Part shown: positions 1-17,527 of the stretch, one piece after another
Position numbering within the stretch: the stretch's first letter is position 1
Layout: each line of letters begins with the position of its first letter
DNA from: Paraspadella gotoi
Taxonomy: Eukaryota; Animalia; Chaetognatha
NCBI GenBank assembly: GCA_051294375.1
Contig: CM119269.1
Coordinates: forward strand, 4,794,686 to 4,858,685
DNA: 64,000 nt
Reading direction: 5' to 3'
Notes under the pieces: generated by a model
What the model was told of the DNA's origin: nothing
Database searches by the model: none
What the model saw: the letters and a program-made list of their open reading frames with translations, nothing else
Program-made: the position numbers and the translations under genes

Positions 1-5730
<5,730 letters not shown>

Positions 5731-6479
5731 GCATACAATGGGCTGGTGTTAAACCAGAAAAGGATAGTTTAAACGTTTACCGCGTTTTGAATTCCGGAAT
5801 TTTAGTGATATTTTCTTCTTTTATTTTGATTTCCTGAACAAATTTTTTTCGTTCGCAGTACGGCGAATTCGAGGATGAAATGACCTTGCCAACTCGTTAC
5901 TGAAATTCATGGAATATGCTCTCCTGGTATTGGCCCACAAAATGAGTACAGTTCTTCTTGAAAATCCTTGAGAAATATTGTTGTTTTTCTTTTCCTTTTC
6001 GATTAAATTCTGTTCTTTTCTTTCAATAAATTTTAGGATTTCTATTGATACGGACTTCCATAATTTGCTGACAATGGTTTTTTAGCGGCAACTATACCTT
6101 ACAAGTGTTGCTATTGAAACTTGAAGAAGTTCTACGAGGTCTCTCTTCCTCTTTCTCTTCCTCTCTCTTCACTGTCTCTCTCTTCTGATTTTCATCTTCT
6201 TCATCTGATTTGAAATGATTTTGATTCGAATGCAATGTTTATAAATAACCAATCTCGCTATATTTGTTGCAAGAATGAACTATTGGAAATTAAAAACCTT
6301 TTACTGGAATTAGTATTAGGAATTAATTGTCTTGAAAAAAAAATTGAGGAAAAAAGAATTGATGAAAAACGAAAAAAGATTAAAGGATAAAGAATTTTAA
6401 TAAAAAAAATCTGAAATTATAAAAACGGTAAAGCGATTCCGAAATATTTTTGTTTTCTCGATTTGCGAAAAAATTATGG

Positions 6480-6830
6480 TTCTGATGTATCATAAGAAAG
6501 CGATGTGCTGTATCTTGCGTGTTAACGTTGATATACCGTAGTTCGGGGGTTCTATCTTGGTCAATTTTGTTTGTCAGGCCGTCAGCGACCCATGGCCTTT
6601 GTTGACCCGGCCCCCTAGTTCCGGAGGCCCCCCCTCCAGACCTTCCTGGACCCCCCCCCTCCAGCACCCCCCCTACTGAACTCAACGATGTGTTGGTGGT
6701 GGGGAGAGTGTGTGTCCGATTCCGATCTTGAAGCGATGTTTTCCAGTTCGGCGGGGATCTTGGATGTCGCAGTACAGGATGAGTCTTCATGCTTCCGTGA
6801 GTGGAAGCTACCACTAGGGGAATGAGGGAC
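6480..6830 (-). CDS. Candidate exon, unknown protein (Gly/Ser-rich), probably frameshifted
   Basis: GC-rich complex island downstream (on -) of a CT tract. Reads ...SVGGVLEGGGPGRSGGGASGTRGPGQQRPWVADGLTNKIDQDRTPELRYINV. Part of it (6491-6608) recurs at 1260-1392. Splice sites not resolved. Confidence 0.3.
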
Positions 6831-7386
6831 TTGTGAGGATGGATGGAGAAAGAGAGAGAGAGTGGTGAGAGGAGAGGAGAGAGAGAGGACGAGAGAGAGA
6901 CGAGAGAGAGAAGAGTGGAGGAAATTGAGAGTGCTGTGTGAGAGAGAGATTGACGAGAGAGAGAGGAGGAGCAGAGCGGAGGAGAAAAGGAGAGGAGGAG
7001 CAAGCACCACCGTTAAAACAAGTGCAAACAAATAATAGAAAACCAAAAAGGTTAACCAGTGTTTGTTCTTTTCTCTTGATCTCGCCTCTCCGGTGTTTTT
7101 TTGCTCTTTCCAGGTGTTTGAATATTTACGTAGTCATTTGCATTCGATTGTTTCTTATTCTATTTTTTCTTGTTATAGTTTTTCTATTAAGAGTTTTCTG
7201 TTCAACTATTTCCTAGATTTTACTTTCCTTTCTTTTTTTTTCCTTATCCACCGACGTATTTTTTCCTTTACACCTTTCTTCTTTCCTTCCTCCACTCTCT
7301 TCTCCCTGTCATTTCTCCTGCCCGTGAACCATTTTTCTGATCGTTCACATTAAGGTTGTTTACGACACTATAATTAACAACAACAA

Positions 7387-7417
<31 letters not shown>

Positions 7418-7692
7418 ATCTCTCTCTCCTCTCCTTCTCTTCTCTCTTCTCTTTATCTCTCTCTGTGGGTGTCCTCTCTCTGTTCTCTCTCTCTCGCGGC
7501 AAGCCAAATCGGTGTGGTTGTTAAAAAAAAAAAATCCGAGCCCACCGTCTGTTCTTCTCGAACGGAAACTCCTTTCACCACCCCCTCATAACCCTATCAC
7601 AACCTCACTGTTTTCCCTCCCCACCTCGATTCACCCCTTCACCACCCACCCTCCATCACCATCCCCCTCTTCCGCGCCACTTCGATATTCTG

Positions 7693-7986
7693 TCAGAGAG
7701 AGAAACGCCGGGAATTTAAGATGGATTCTTTCCCCCCCCTAGATTCCTCGCAGAGAACGAACCCGGTCGAAAGTGTAAGTCTTTTGATGAGCTTTATTTT
7801 CCAGACGTAGACACCTGGCGCCTTCGTCAGAGTCGGCGAGAGAAGGAGGGAATTAACGGTTTCAGGGGGGGGGGGAAAAGAAAACGTTTTTTTCTCCATC
7901 GAGTTTTGAAAGAATGTTGACAACTGACTCTGAGCGAACGTGAGGAACTTCATCCGTTGAGCGATAAAGATGAAATTTCGGAAAGA
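7693..7986 (-). CDS. Candidate exon, unknown protein
   Basis: Acceptor aatgtag at 7987, then FPKFHLYRSTDEVPHVRSESVVNILSKLDGEKNVFF. After a homopolymer run (G on +, 7865-7875) it continues in another frame as PETVNSLLLSPTLTKAPGVYVWKIKLIKRLTLSTGFVLCEE. Confidence 0.35.
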   Translation of the reverse strand, partial: SFRNFIFIAQRMKFLTFAQSQLSTFFQNSMEKKTFSFPPPPETVNSLLLSPTLTKAPGVYVWKIKLIKRLTLSTGFVLCEESRGGKESILNSRRFSL

Positions 7987-8269
7987 CTACATTTTAAAGG
8001 TTTGCTAATTTTTAAGCTTAAATATTGAATTCGACATAATTTCGTTCTCATTCGATTCATCCTTCCACCCTTGACTCGGCATATTCACCTGTGATATACT
8101 AATTATATAAATATAATAAAACGTATAATTATTATATAATATAATATATATAATTAATTATAATTATTCACACTGTATTAACAGTTCGATCCAGCATGAT
8201 CCATCAGCCAAGATTTATTCATTCAAACCGTGAACGCAATTTTAAATTTCTCTCTATATTCGTCTCAAT

Positions 8270-8405
8270 TACGACCGACCGACCGACGACGACCGACCGC
8301 CGACCGACCGACCGACGCGACCGTACCGACTAACGACGACCGACCGCCCCCACTCCCCAAGACGACGGACGGACCGACCGACCTTAACGAAACGACCGAC
8401 CGACC
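8270..8405. repeat. Degenerate (GACC/GAC)n tract, likely remnant of the Helentron-like family
   Basis: ACGACCGACCGACCGACGAC..., same composition as the tracts at 46590-47060 and 50190-50660. Confidence 0.7.
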
Positions 8406-9156
8406 ACGGTGACCCTCGAGAGGAAGGAGGAAGATGGAAATGTTATTTAAGATACGGAAAGAATGGAGATTTTTTTCCTCGTAAACGCGCAATGCAATAA
8501 AGCACATTACTGGTACATACTATCATAAAGTAAATAAAAAAGCAAGAATCCTGGGGGCGACGAAGGCTTAAAGCGCGGATGAATAAACAAAAGAGAGAAA
8601 GGAACGTGATGATGAATATAGAAGAGAGGGTAGTATGTTTTAATTTTATTTACTGTGTTTTTGACATGTCATAATTTCTAACATGAAATTCAAACTATTC
8701 GGCCTACATGGTGACACATTTTGAACCACGTTCGATAAAAACATAATTTTTAGAAAAAGATATCCGATAGCAAGACATACACGTTTTTATGTGTATCTAT
8801 CATCTCAAATTTTCACTTGAACTGAGTGAAAAAAACGTGAAGAATCAATTTGATGCTTCTTCATTCTAAAAGGTGCCCTCCAAAAAACAGTTTGAGCAAC
8901 AAGTCGGATCTGCTCGATAATTAATTAATAATGTTATTAATTATTAATAGCATTAATTAATTTAATTAAGATTAAATTAATTAATTTAATAGATTAATTA
9001 ATTAATTAATTAAATAGATTAATTATAATTTATATTCAGCTTGTCTCATCGATGTCTTAAAAATAGTCAGTTGTTTCTAAGTTGTTATATATCTAACCAT
9101 ATATCCTTCTTCTCTCCCTAGAAATGGTGATTGAAGGAATCGGATCGAAAAGCGAT

Positions 9157-9392
9157 TTAACTCTGGAAATTCAAACAGAAGAACAAAAACGATCGAGAGA
9201 ATATCTTTAATTTTTCATAGGATACAATTTTATGATTGTTGTCCGGGAAATAGGTACAGCATCTCAACGTATAGCAATTTAAAGTATCGAGCATTTTACG
9301 GTATCGAATTCGATCGACAGTTTCGATCAAGTCTTCGGCGATAAAAAGATCGTTGTCGAGACCGCAAAAAAATCTTATACTGAGGCTTTTCC
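9157..9392 (-). CDS. Candidate exon, unknown protein
   Basis: Stop-free complex stretch KSLSIRFFCGLDNDLFIAEDLIETVDRIRYRKMLDTLNCYTLRCCTYFPDNNHKIVSYEKLKIF after tttaaaag, flanked by low-complexity DNA. Confidence 0.35.
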
Positions 9393-9403
9393 CTTTTAAA
9401 CTC

Positions 9404-9441
<38 letters not shown>

Positions 9442-10024
9442 AACTACGACGACCGGAATATAAATTTTATTGTCGTCGTGACTTTTCTTCCTCCTTCCTC
9501 CGTTTATTGTTATTGGAAAAGAATTTCCCTTATTTCTTTTTTTCCTCTTTCCTTTTTTTCCATTTTTTTCCCTTTCTTTTGATAAAAAAAAGATTCGTTG
9601 CATGAATCTTTCATTTTTCAGTTGAAGCGCGCCGAGAAAGTGAACGCGCGAGAAAAAAATATATATATAACTAGGAATATATATATATGGAAAAAAATTG
9701 GAGCTGATTTTTTTAATGCGAAGAAAAGAATAAAAAGAGAAAAAATTTGGAAAGGCGCGTTTTATTTTTATTCTCACCTAAACTCGGCTCAAAAAGGAGA
9801 GAGAGATTATTAGATTTGTTCCACTTTCTCCGAACGTCGAACTCTCGACAAAACTAGATTTGGCCAGATTAAAGTGAGGCAACACCGGTGGGAAACATGA
9901 AGAAGAAATAAGTTCAAATTTAAACTTTGGCAAAACAATGATTTGATTTGTGAAAATCAGTTTTGGCGGATTTTTTTAAAAAAACGTGGTCCGGGAAAAC
10001 TCATCGCGTTAGCGTCTTTGAACA

Positions 10025-10421
10025 CTAAGTGGTCGCATTATACTGAAGGCGCGATGCGGCAAGGTCGGGCTCGCTTTGCGAAGAAAAAATACGATCGAAA
10101 ATATTATGGTTAAGAAAATTACTGGGTTCTGACTTGAATCTTAGCCCGTTAATTGATCTTCCCACACGCAAAGATTGTTTGACCAAATTGTTTTCTTTTT
10201 TAAATATATCAGAATAATCATGTTTAAAATTTAACTGCATGAATATTCGTACTCGTCTAAAAGTTACAATGATCAAACAAATGTACAGTTAAATGTATGG
10301 TTAAAAATATCAAGGAGAAACTGAAATCTCAAGTCGCTGGATTAAACGTATCTGTTCCTTGTGGAAGACACTTCGCCGATCCACTGTCCAGTCGTGTTGG
10401 CCGAAGATATTATTATGAAAT
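10025..10421 (-). CDS. Candidate exon, frameshifted, unknown protein
   Basis: Acceptor-like aataacag at about 10422. Open stretches FHNNIFGQHDWTVDRRSVFHKEQIRLIQRL and FKHDYSDIFKKENNLVKQSLRVGRSINGLRFKSEPSNFLNHNIFDRIF. Confidence 0.25.
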
Positions 10422-10521
10422 CTGTTATTCTCTCTCTATAATTTTTTTTTTTTAATTAAAATTTTAAAGACACTACCGTTTAAATGGACTCATGATAAAA
10501 TAAAATATTTTGAACTAATTC

Positions 10522-10580
10522 AATTAATTAATTAATTAATTAATTAATTAATTAATTAATTAATTAATTAATTAATTAAA
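10522..10580. repeat. (TTAA)n palindromic microsatellite
   Basis: About 14 AATT/TTAA units; degenerate versions at 8920-9030 and 14865-14895. Confidence 0.95.
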
Positions 10581-10979
10581 TTCTCTCTATAAATTCACTC
10601 TTAAACATCGCTTACCCCGTTTTATTTCTCATCTTTTATCTTTCATCGAAAACGAAAGGAAATCTCAACCTCGTAATTGAAAGCTGACGGATGAAATCGT
10701 TTTGGCTCTGGCAGTAGCCGCGAAGGAACTCAGGCGAAGGGGGGAAAACAAGAAGAAACAATTTCTCAATTTTGTTTCTTAAAATGCAGCGGCACGCTAC
10801 ATTATGGATCAAAATTTTCGGAATGGAAATATTTTCTCGTTCCTTTATCGTCTGAGAAGCAAGAGAGAATCGAAGGAAAGTGACTCTCCTTGCATTTCGA
10901 TGCCGTTTAATATTTCTTCTTCAAACATCAGCGCCGAAAAGAAACGGAATCGACCGAAACATCAACGGCGACAGCGAAC

Positions 10980-12563
10980 ATGAATCTTCAAATTTTACAA
11001 CTGGTCATTGGAGCTGCCCTTAATCTTTTTGACATTGCTACGGACGCAGAATAGGGTACGCGATTTGTTTTTTTCGTAATTTTTCACCGTTTGGTTTCTA
11101 CCTTTTACGGAGTTCATTTGCTTTTCAAACAAAAACGTTATTACCAAAGACTCTTTCGACGGAATTGGATACTAGGTTTAACTATAGCGTCTTTTGCTTT
11201 TGGTTTGGGCTCAATTCCAGTGTCCATCGATCTTCATTTGGACCAAAACCTGAAAAATAAAAATGTGTTCGCTTCAAAGGAGAAGTTTTTGTTCTTTCTC
11301 AATTTGATTCAGAGTTTGACAGAAGGTTTTCCGCAACTCGTGGTCCGAACGGGAGGCCTCGTGATCACAGTGACCAGGTCCGAGAGTGAGAACAAGCACT
11401 GCTTTCCAAAGGATGTCTTGGACCCGAAAAACTATGTCAGAGTTTTTACGGATTGCTTTGTCAGAGTCAGACCCAGATATGCCTTTTCCTACGAGAAAAA
11501 AAGTTTTCTTTTCCGGATCGTGAATGAAACGTATCAACGTATCAATGAAAACTGTTCTTGCAAAGTGGTCCGCTCTTCAATCGGGCACCGAGAATACGTT
11601 TGTCGGTGGAGCGTCAGAGACAATTTTTTGCAGTTACTTTCGATCGCCATGTCCCTGATTAGTCTAGCTCGGGCAGTTTGGAGTTTCGAAAATCAGAAAA
11701 TCCCATCGCGGAACGATTTGATTGTTCTCCTTTGACGTTGAAACTATGGGAGATCTTGGGAATATTGCAAGGTTTGATTGGTGTGTCTGTTTGCCTGTAC
11801 ATGATTTTTACTTATAGCGTTGACATAATCCTTTGGTTTGGAGTTTTTGTCATCCTGATTCCACTTCGTGTTTTTACTCCATCGGAACTGATGCATCTCG
11901 GTAGATCAATCCTTTTTCATTATTGCGTTGACCACGAAGTGAAGTCCCTGCGAAAGCCAAACTTAGCGCAAATTATTCTCATTTCTTTCACTTCTTTCTT
12001 TTTGTTTTCTTTTTTCTACGATGTCGAGAAAAGCATCGTTCGCTCGGAATACAGCGTCGACCCCAAAATATTCACATATTTCCCGGAAAAACCGTTGTAT
12101 TATTGTTCTATCACAACATCTGGAGCTCAAGCCTTGAACCCAACGCGTCTGTCAAAAAATATTTGAGCGAAAATCGTTGCAGTAAGAGTTTTTACGAGAA
12201 AAAATTCCTCAGATACGCAAAACAGGTGATGGCCGTATTCGTCGTTGAGGCATCGATTTTATTAAATCATTTCCTCGATTACGAGTCCTACTTTATATCG
12301 ATTCGATATCAAGAAATGACAAAGAAAAATGGTGGCGTCATTACGAAACTATGCTTGATTATGTGCATTATGATGAGCTAATGAAGGAGTTTCCTTCAAA
12401 GCTACATCAGAATTATATTTACGTTGCAGGGCGTCATAGATGGAAGGGCAAATTCAAAAAAATTTTTGAAAGTCTTAATTTAGTAGCAGGGATTAAAATC
12501 ATAGATGTCTTTTTTTATAAGAACAGATGTACATTTGTGCAAAATCTTTATCTTAGTTTCTGA
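10980..12563 (+). CDS. XK-related (Xkr family) multipass membrane protein, split by several frameshifts/stops (sequence error or pseudogene)
   Basis: ATG at 10980 gives MNLQILQLVIGAALNLFDIATDA (XK-like DxxTD in the first TM). Then LNLIQSLTEGFPQLVV (ExxPQL motif, 11322-11339) and LQLLSIAMSLISLARAV (SxxxSLxS motif). Overlapping + ORFs 11091-11735, 11678-12166, 12103-12381 and 12351-12563 chain into one protein with further TM segments. Confidence 0.75.
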
Positions 12564-13129
12564 GATGATAATTTTTGTAGGATTTAAACATCTTGTAAAA
12601 CTGATGCCGAAAATTTTTCAAATAATTTTAACAATTTTCATCATTTTGCTATCGGGAATTTTTTTATCTTTATCAAAAAAATCCTGCGGGTATGGAATCA
12701 AGTTTCGCCCTTATTATTATTATTTTGAAATTTTACAAATTTATAAGGATATTACTACGAAGAAGTTACAATTTGCTCTGCCGTTATGCTAAACAAAATG
12801 TTTAAAAGGCATGATTTGCTTTAATTACATATGTATACGGAGGCAGCCAAAAAATATCGTTAACTCGCTTAATCTTTTCATCGCTCCACCCTAGTCTATA
12901 TAATATATATCCCTCCAGCTTCGCTAAAGCCTTTCTCTTCCCATCCTTCCCAGCTTGAGCGATGCCGCGCAACTTGGCCCATAAAAAAACGCGTCGCGCT
13001 CTTTCGCCGTTCGAAGCGCCGATCGATCCATCACGAAATGAAAACGCGTTTTTGCGCCCGAGAGATTTAGCGCCATTTTTCAAGGCGGGCGCTACGCCGA
13101 AGATCTTCGAAGGCCCGAGGAAGAGAGAG

Positions 13130-13185
13130 ATGAAAAAATTAAAACATGCGCGAAGAAGAAGAAGAAGAAAGTTAGAGAAGAAGAA

Positions 13186-13219
<34 letters not shown>

Positions 13220-13480
13220 AGACAGACAACGACAACGACGGAAGGAAAACGCGCCCTTATTCCTGCGTAGCCGGGCCAGAAGAAGAAGAAGAAATGAAGA
13301 AGAAAGAAGAAGAAGTAAGAAGAAGGAGAAGAAGAAGAAGAAGAAGAAGAAGACGAGAGGAATAAGAGTGAAGAAGAAGAAGAGCAAGCAACGGACAACG
13401 AACGGAAGGAAACGCGCCTTATTCCGTTGCCGGCACCCAGAAAACCACGGCGCATAACAATAAAGAAAGAAAGGCGGGCG
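13130..13480 (+). repeat. GAA-rich dispersed repeat, second copy at 18245-18426
   Basis: Shared core CGGAAGGAAACGCGCCTTATTCCGT..CCGGCACCCAGAAAACCACG..CATAACAATAAAGAAAGAAAG; the first part of the core also occurs twice within 13225-13440. Confidence 0.85.
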
Positions 13481-13608
13481 ACGGGGAGAAAGGGAGAGAG
13501 GGAGAGAGAGAGAGCAGAGCAATTGAATGGATTTGAAGATTGTGTGATTTGGCATTCTTTGTCTGGCTGAGGTGGGAGAGGACTGTGTGAGAGAGAGAAG
13601 AGAGGAGA

Positions 13609-15763
13609 TTATGTCATTCTTCCCAAATCCATCCGCCCCGGGGGTTGGCTCTAGGGGCGGAGCGCCGGCAGGGGGGCAGACTATATCCTAGGGGGAGGCA
13701 GGCAAATGGTCATTGAGTGGGGCGGCCCCTAATAGACCCAAAATGTTTGCCCCAGGGGAACGCCCCCTGGGGCGGCCCCTGGGGGCTCAAAAAAAGTCTG
13801 CCTGGGGGTAACCCTTGGGAGCAAAAAGTGGGCTCCCCTGGGCGAATTTTTAAGGAGAAGAGCAAAGTTTTAGATAAAAAAATATACTTTCTGACAATGT
13901 TATTGTAATCTGAGAATCTGCTCCCTGTCTGTTACTGCTCTCTTTCTCTCTTTCTGCTTTCTCTCATCAGCTTTCTCTCTCTCTCTTCTGCTTTCCTCTT
14001 TTTCTACTCTCTTCTTCTCTCTTTTTTCTCTTTTTTTCACTTTTTTTTTCTTTTTTTTTCTTTCCTCTTTCTTTTCTCTCTCCTATCTTTTTCTCTCTCT
14101 GCTAAATCTTTCAAAAGACTTGTTTTATGTAACTAAAAAATATATACATTTTTTAAAAATTAATTGTTAACCTAGTTTTATTCCATATCTTTATCTAATA
14201 AATTATAATAATTTGTATTTTTAAACCATTAATTATTTATTTCAATTAAAAGATATAGAAAACAAGTTTGAGGCAAATCAATGTATGACGTAGCCACAAA
14301 TATTTAGTGTAAGGAAAGCTAATACAGTCCATCTGTCTTTTTTTTTTTTTCTTCTATTTTTTCCTTTATTTTTTTTTTTTTTTGGATGGACATACTGATG
14401 GAACGCTGATAGAGAGAAAGCATAATTTTTTAAAAAAAATATTCATAATTTGATGTTCAAAAAAGAATTAAATAAATTATAAATAAACAAATAATAGGCA
14501 GTAATCGACAGATCTACTTAGTGAATTATGGAGTCCCCCCCCAAAAAAAAATTCATATCAAGAAAAAAAATTTTTTTTAAATTGCATGATCATATTAAAT
14601 GAGTTCCACATCGTGAAATAAATTTTTTTCATATTAAGATTTGTAATTAAAAAATTTGTCAGTTTATTAGATTCCGCTCTGATGAACTCTACGTTGTTGA
14701 GGAAAGGGCTGATGGTTTGAGAGAGAGAGTGAGCAAAAACTTTATATCTAGCTCAATCACACACTTTTCTACCGCACACACAAAGATTTCATTCCAATCC
14801 ATATATGCTTACATCACGAATAATTTGAGTTTAAATGCTAATGTGGGACAGACTTAAAGACTGATATTAATAATTAATTAATTAATTAATTAATTATTTT
14901 TTTATAAGTGAATTAAAAAACGGCATCTTACTCTTTTATTCTAACTATTTAAATTTCAATAGATGAATTAAGATAAAATTTTGTATGTTGGGTAAAAAAA
15001 GTGTGCAAGTGAAAGTGAGTTTTAATGGAAAAAACAAAAGTGCACATTTACTTGAATTTTATTAAAAACAAATTTTCTCCAAACCTTCTTTATTTTTAAT
15101 TTCTCACAGATGAAATTAATAATTAGGGCTATTGTAGTTGATTGTTGACGAGCAATTATGCAAGTTGAACCAAATTAATCTCAAGTTGTCTAAATTATGC
15201 AAGTTTACCAAATTAATAACAAGTTTACAAATTATGGGCAAGTTTATCAAATTCTAAAAGTTGACCAAAATTAATATCAGTGACGGCAAATATGGTCATT
15301 TGACGGACAAAATTATGCAAGTTTATACCAATTATGCATATTGGTATTGGCGCAGCTATTGGTTCATTGATTGATTAATTGAATGGAAAAATATTATTTT
15401 TAAATTTTTATATTTTATTTTAATAAAAGATGAAAAAAAGAAAAGCAGATAGAGAAAGAGAGAGAGAGGAAGAGAGAGAAAGAGAGGAGAAGGGAGAGAG
15501 AAATAGGAGGGAGAGAGAGCCGTTCAGGGGGCAGGCCAATTCATGCCCACCGGGGGTGGCACCCAGGGGAAAGGTTTTTCTAGCCCTGGGGGATTCCCGC
15601 CTGGAGTGGCCCCTTGGGGCCCAAAAAAAAGAGGGCTAGCAGGGGGCCGGCCGCCTAGACAGTAAGGATTTGGCCTTGGCGCCCCGGTGCCGCCCCGCGG
15701 GGCCACCCGGGGAGCGCGCCCTAGGCAGGCCCCCGGGGGAGGCGATTCTGAAGGATGACATAA
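13609..15763. mobile_element. Putative non-autonomous DNA transposon / foldback element with ~250-bp degenerate GC-rich inverted arms
   Basis: Left TTATGTCATTCTTC (13609) vs right GAAGGATGACATAA (15750-15763), 13/14 inverted match. Collinear inverted motifs continue inward (CCCCGGGGG, CTAGGG, GCCCCA.GGG, GGGCT..AAAAA). Interior is AT-rich with no ORF. Confidence 0.55.
15150..15340. repeat. Degenerate ~18-19 bp minisatellite (AAATTATGCAAGTTTACC-like)
   Basis: About 9-10 imperfect units containing AATTATGCAAGTT or AATTAAT..CAAGTT. Confidence 0.8.
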
Positions 15764-15766
15764 CTT

Positions 15767-15864
<98 letters not shown>

Positions 15865-15996
15865 AAAGGAAAAATACAAGGAGATTGTTTTGTTGTTTGA
15901 GAATNNNNNNNNNNNNNNNNNNNNNNNNNTAGAAAAATTCAAACATAATTTGTGAAAACGGAAATTTTTTTCGGATCATGAAGGATAAGTATTTAC

Positions 15997-16285
15997 GAAT
16001 CATTGCATCGGAAGATGTTTTCTTCAGCGAAAAGTTCCGAACCCGATCGTATTTTCATTGCTTCACCTCATTCACGTTACACGTCGGAGAGTCAGCAGCA
16101 CCTACGACGTCAGAGGTAGCACGAGCTCCTCCCAAACCCTGAGGACTCGGGGTCGCCCTCTGCTGATTCACACGAGAAAGCGCGACGGGGAGTCTAACCC
16201 AATTTATAGCGAGGGACGACAGACCGATCCGAAGTTCGGGACCTTGTGTGCAACGGACGGTAAACTGCATCGTCTTCCACAACTA
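15997..16285 (-). CDS. Candidate exon, frameshifted
   Basis: Acceptor ttttttatag(tag) at 16286. Reads VVEDDAVYRPLHTRSRTSDRSVVPRYKL, QQRATPSPQGLGGARATSDVVGAADSPTC and DRVRNFSLKKTSSDAMI. Donor-like GTAAAT at 15996. Confidence 0.4.
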
Positions 16286-16454
16286 CTATAAAAAAAGCGT
16301 ATGTTTATATAAATTTATGAACAACCTAATAAAAACAAAAGTCGAATAAAAAATAGCAAAATATCGGAAACAAAACCAATCAAACTGTCTTGTACATAAC
16401 AAATTGTCCCCCCCCACCATACTCAAACGCCGAGCGAGAAAAAGAAAAACCCGG

Positions 16455-16856
16455 CGCCCATCAGGCATCGATCTCATTCGTCTTATCGGCGTTGGCGCCG
16501 TCGTTCGTGGGCGGCGCCCCCTCGGCCACGGCACCCCACCGGCGTCGGTAGTCTTCGTCTTCGGTGCTGACGGCGGCGCCGGCCGTTTGCCGTCTCACTC
16601 CCCGGCGCCGCCTTCCACAAATCGAGATCGACGCTCCATTAACTTCGCTGTTTATCTTTGCAACTGAAGCGTCGACGGTGAGAGTGAAGGCGGCGTCGGC
16701 TCCGGCGCTGGGTGAGGCGGAGGGTAAGGCTCACGCGGACGAGGTAGGGGAGATGGAAAGGATCGTTATTTGAGAGGAGCCGAGATATGAATCTTGTCGT
16801 TTTGTACGATACTGTGGCTAAATAGCACGGGTCCTTTGGGGAAAAACAATGCAATT
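16455..16856 (-). CDS. Candidate GC-rich exon, low-complexity protein segment
   Basis: Acceptor tttgcag at 16857. About 83 stop-free codons ALPSASPSAGADAAFTLTVDASVAKINSEVNGASISICG...GAVAEGAPPTNDGANADKTNEIDA. Confidence 0.45.
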
Positions 16857-17387
16857 CTGCAAAATATTCAATTCAACCTAAAGTTGGTTAAAAGGTTCTC
16901 GCTGGATAAGGACTGCTAGCGTGAACATTGTACTGACCCGGAGCGATTTGAATTTACGGTGGTGTCCAAGTATCAGAACGGCGCTTTGGGAAAATCTCGC
17001 TTAATTTCAAAATTTCTTGTAACTCTACTTTCCTGTTACTTTCTTTTCTTAATAAATGAAGCAACATTTCTTATTCGTGGATTTAAGCTCATCACAGTTC
17101 AACTTGAATACGTAAAAAAACACTGCATCCTCGCCAAATACCTAGTGAAGATCGAAGCGAGATTTTTCTCTTCAATTCCAAAAATGTAAATAAAATTAAT
17201 ATTAAATTAAATAAAATTCGCTTTCCTTCTCTAATTCTTTGAAAAATAACAAAGTGGTTCATATAAAAGTCAATTAATTTTCTTTTCTTTGCGAATTCCC
17301 TCGATGATATTATTGAAATAAACTCCCGTTGATTAAAATTCAATTTGATCTCGAATTTTTCTTCCTAAAAATTCCAACCTCCAATAC

Positions 17388-17527
17388 CTTTCGTCCTTTC
17401 GATCTCCCGGATGTAAAGGGTTCTCCTTTACATCCTTTCAAGGGGCTTGAGTCGCGGGCATCGGGAGCGCGGGCGTTGCCTCTGTTTCTCGATGAAGGCG
17501 ATATAAAGACAAAGCACCGGAAAAAAC
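17388..17527 (-). CDS. Internal exon, phase-compatible with exon 19065-19260
   Basis: cag|G at 17527 and AAG|GTATTG at 17388; 140 nt, phase 1 to 0, open frame GFFRCFVFISPSSRNRGNARAPDARDSSPLKGCKGEPFTSGRSKGRK. Confidence 0.45.

Noticed and set aside
5855-6140. Two possible small plus-strand exons after gttcgcag and ttttag
   Set aside because: Stops occur in all frames and no family is recognisable; unsupported without polishing.
7540-7575. Short similarity to 60855-60885 (TTCTTCTCGA.CGGAAA)
   Set aside because: Only about 17 nt; compatible with chance.
7755-7800. KTYTFDRV, kinesin-like, in an alternate minus frame
   Set aside because: Short match followed by a stop; no P-loop or switch motifs seen nearby.
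10335-10380. CLPQGTDTFNP, resembling the LGR hinge motif
   Set aside because: Lacks the following CED and any 7TM sequence; a stop follows within a few codons.
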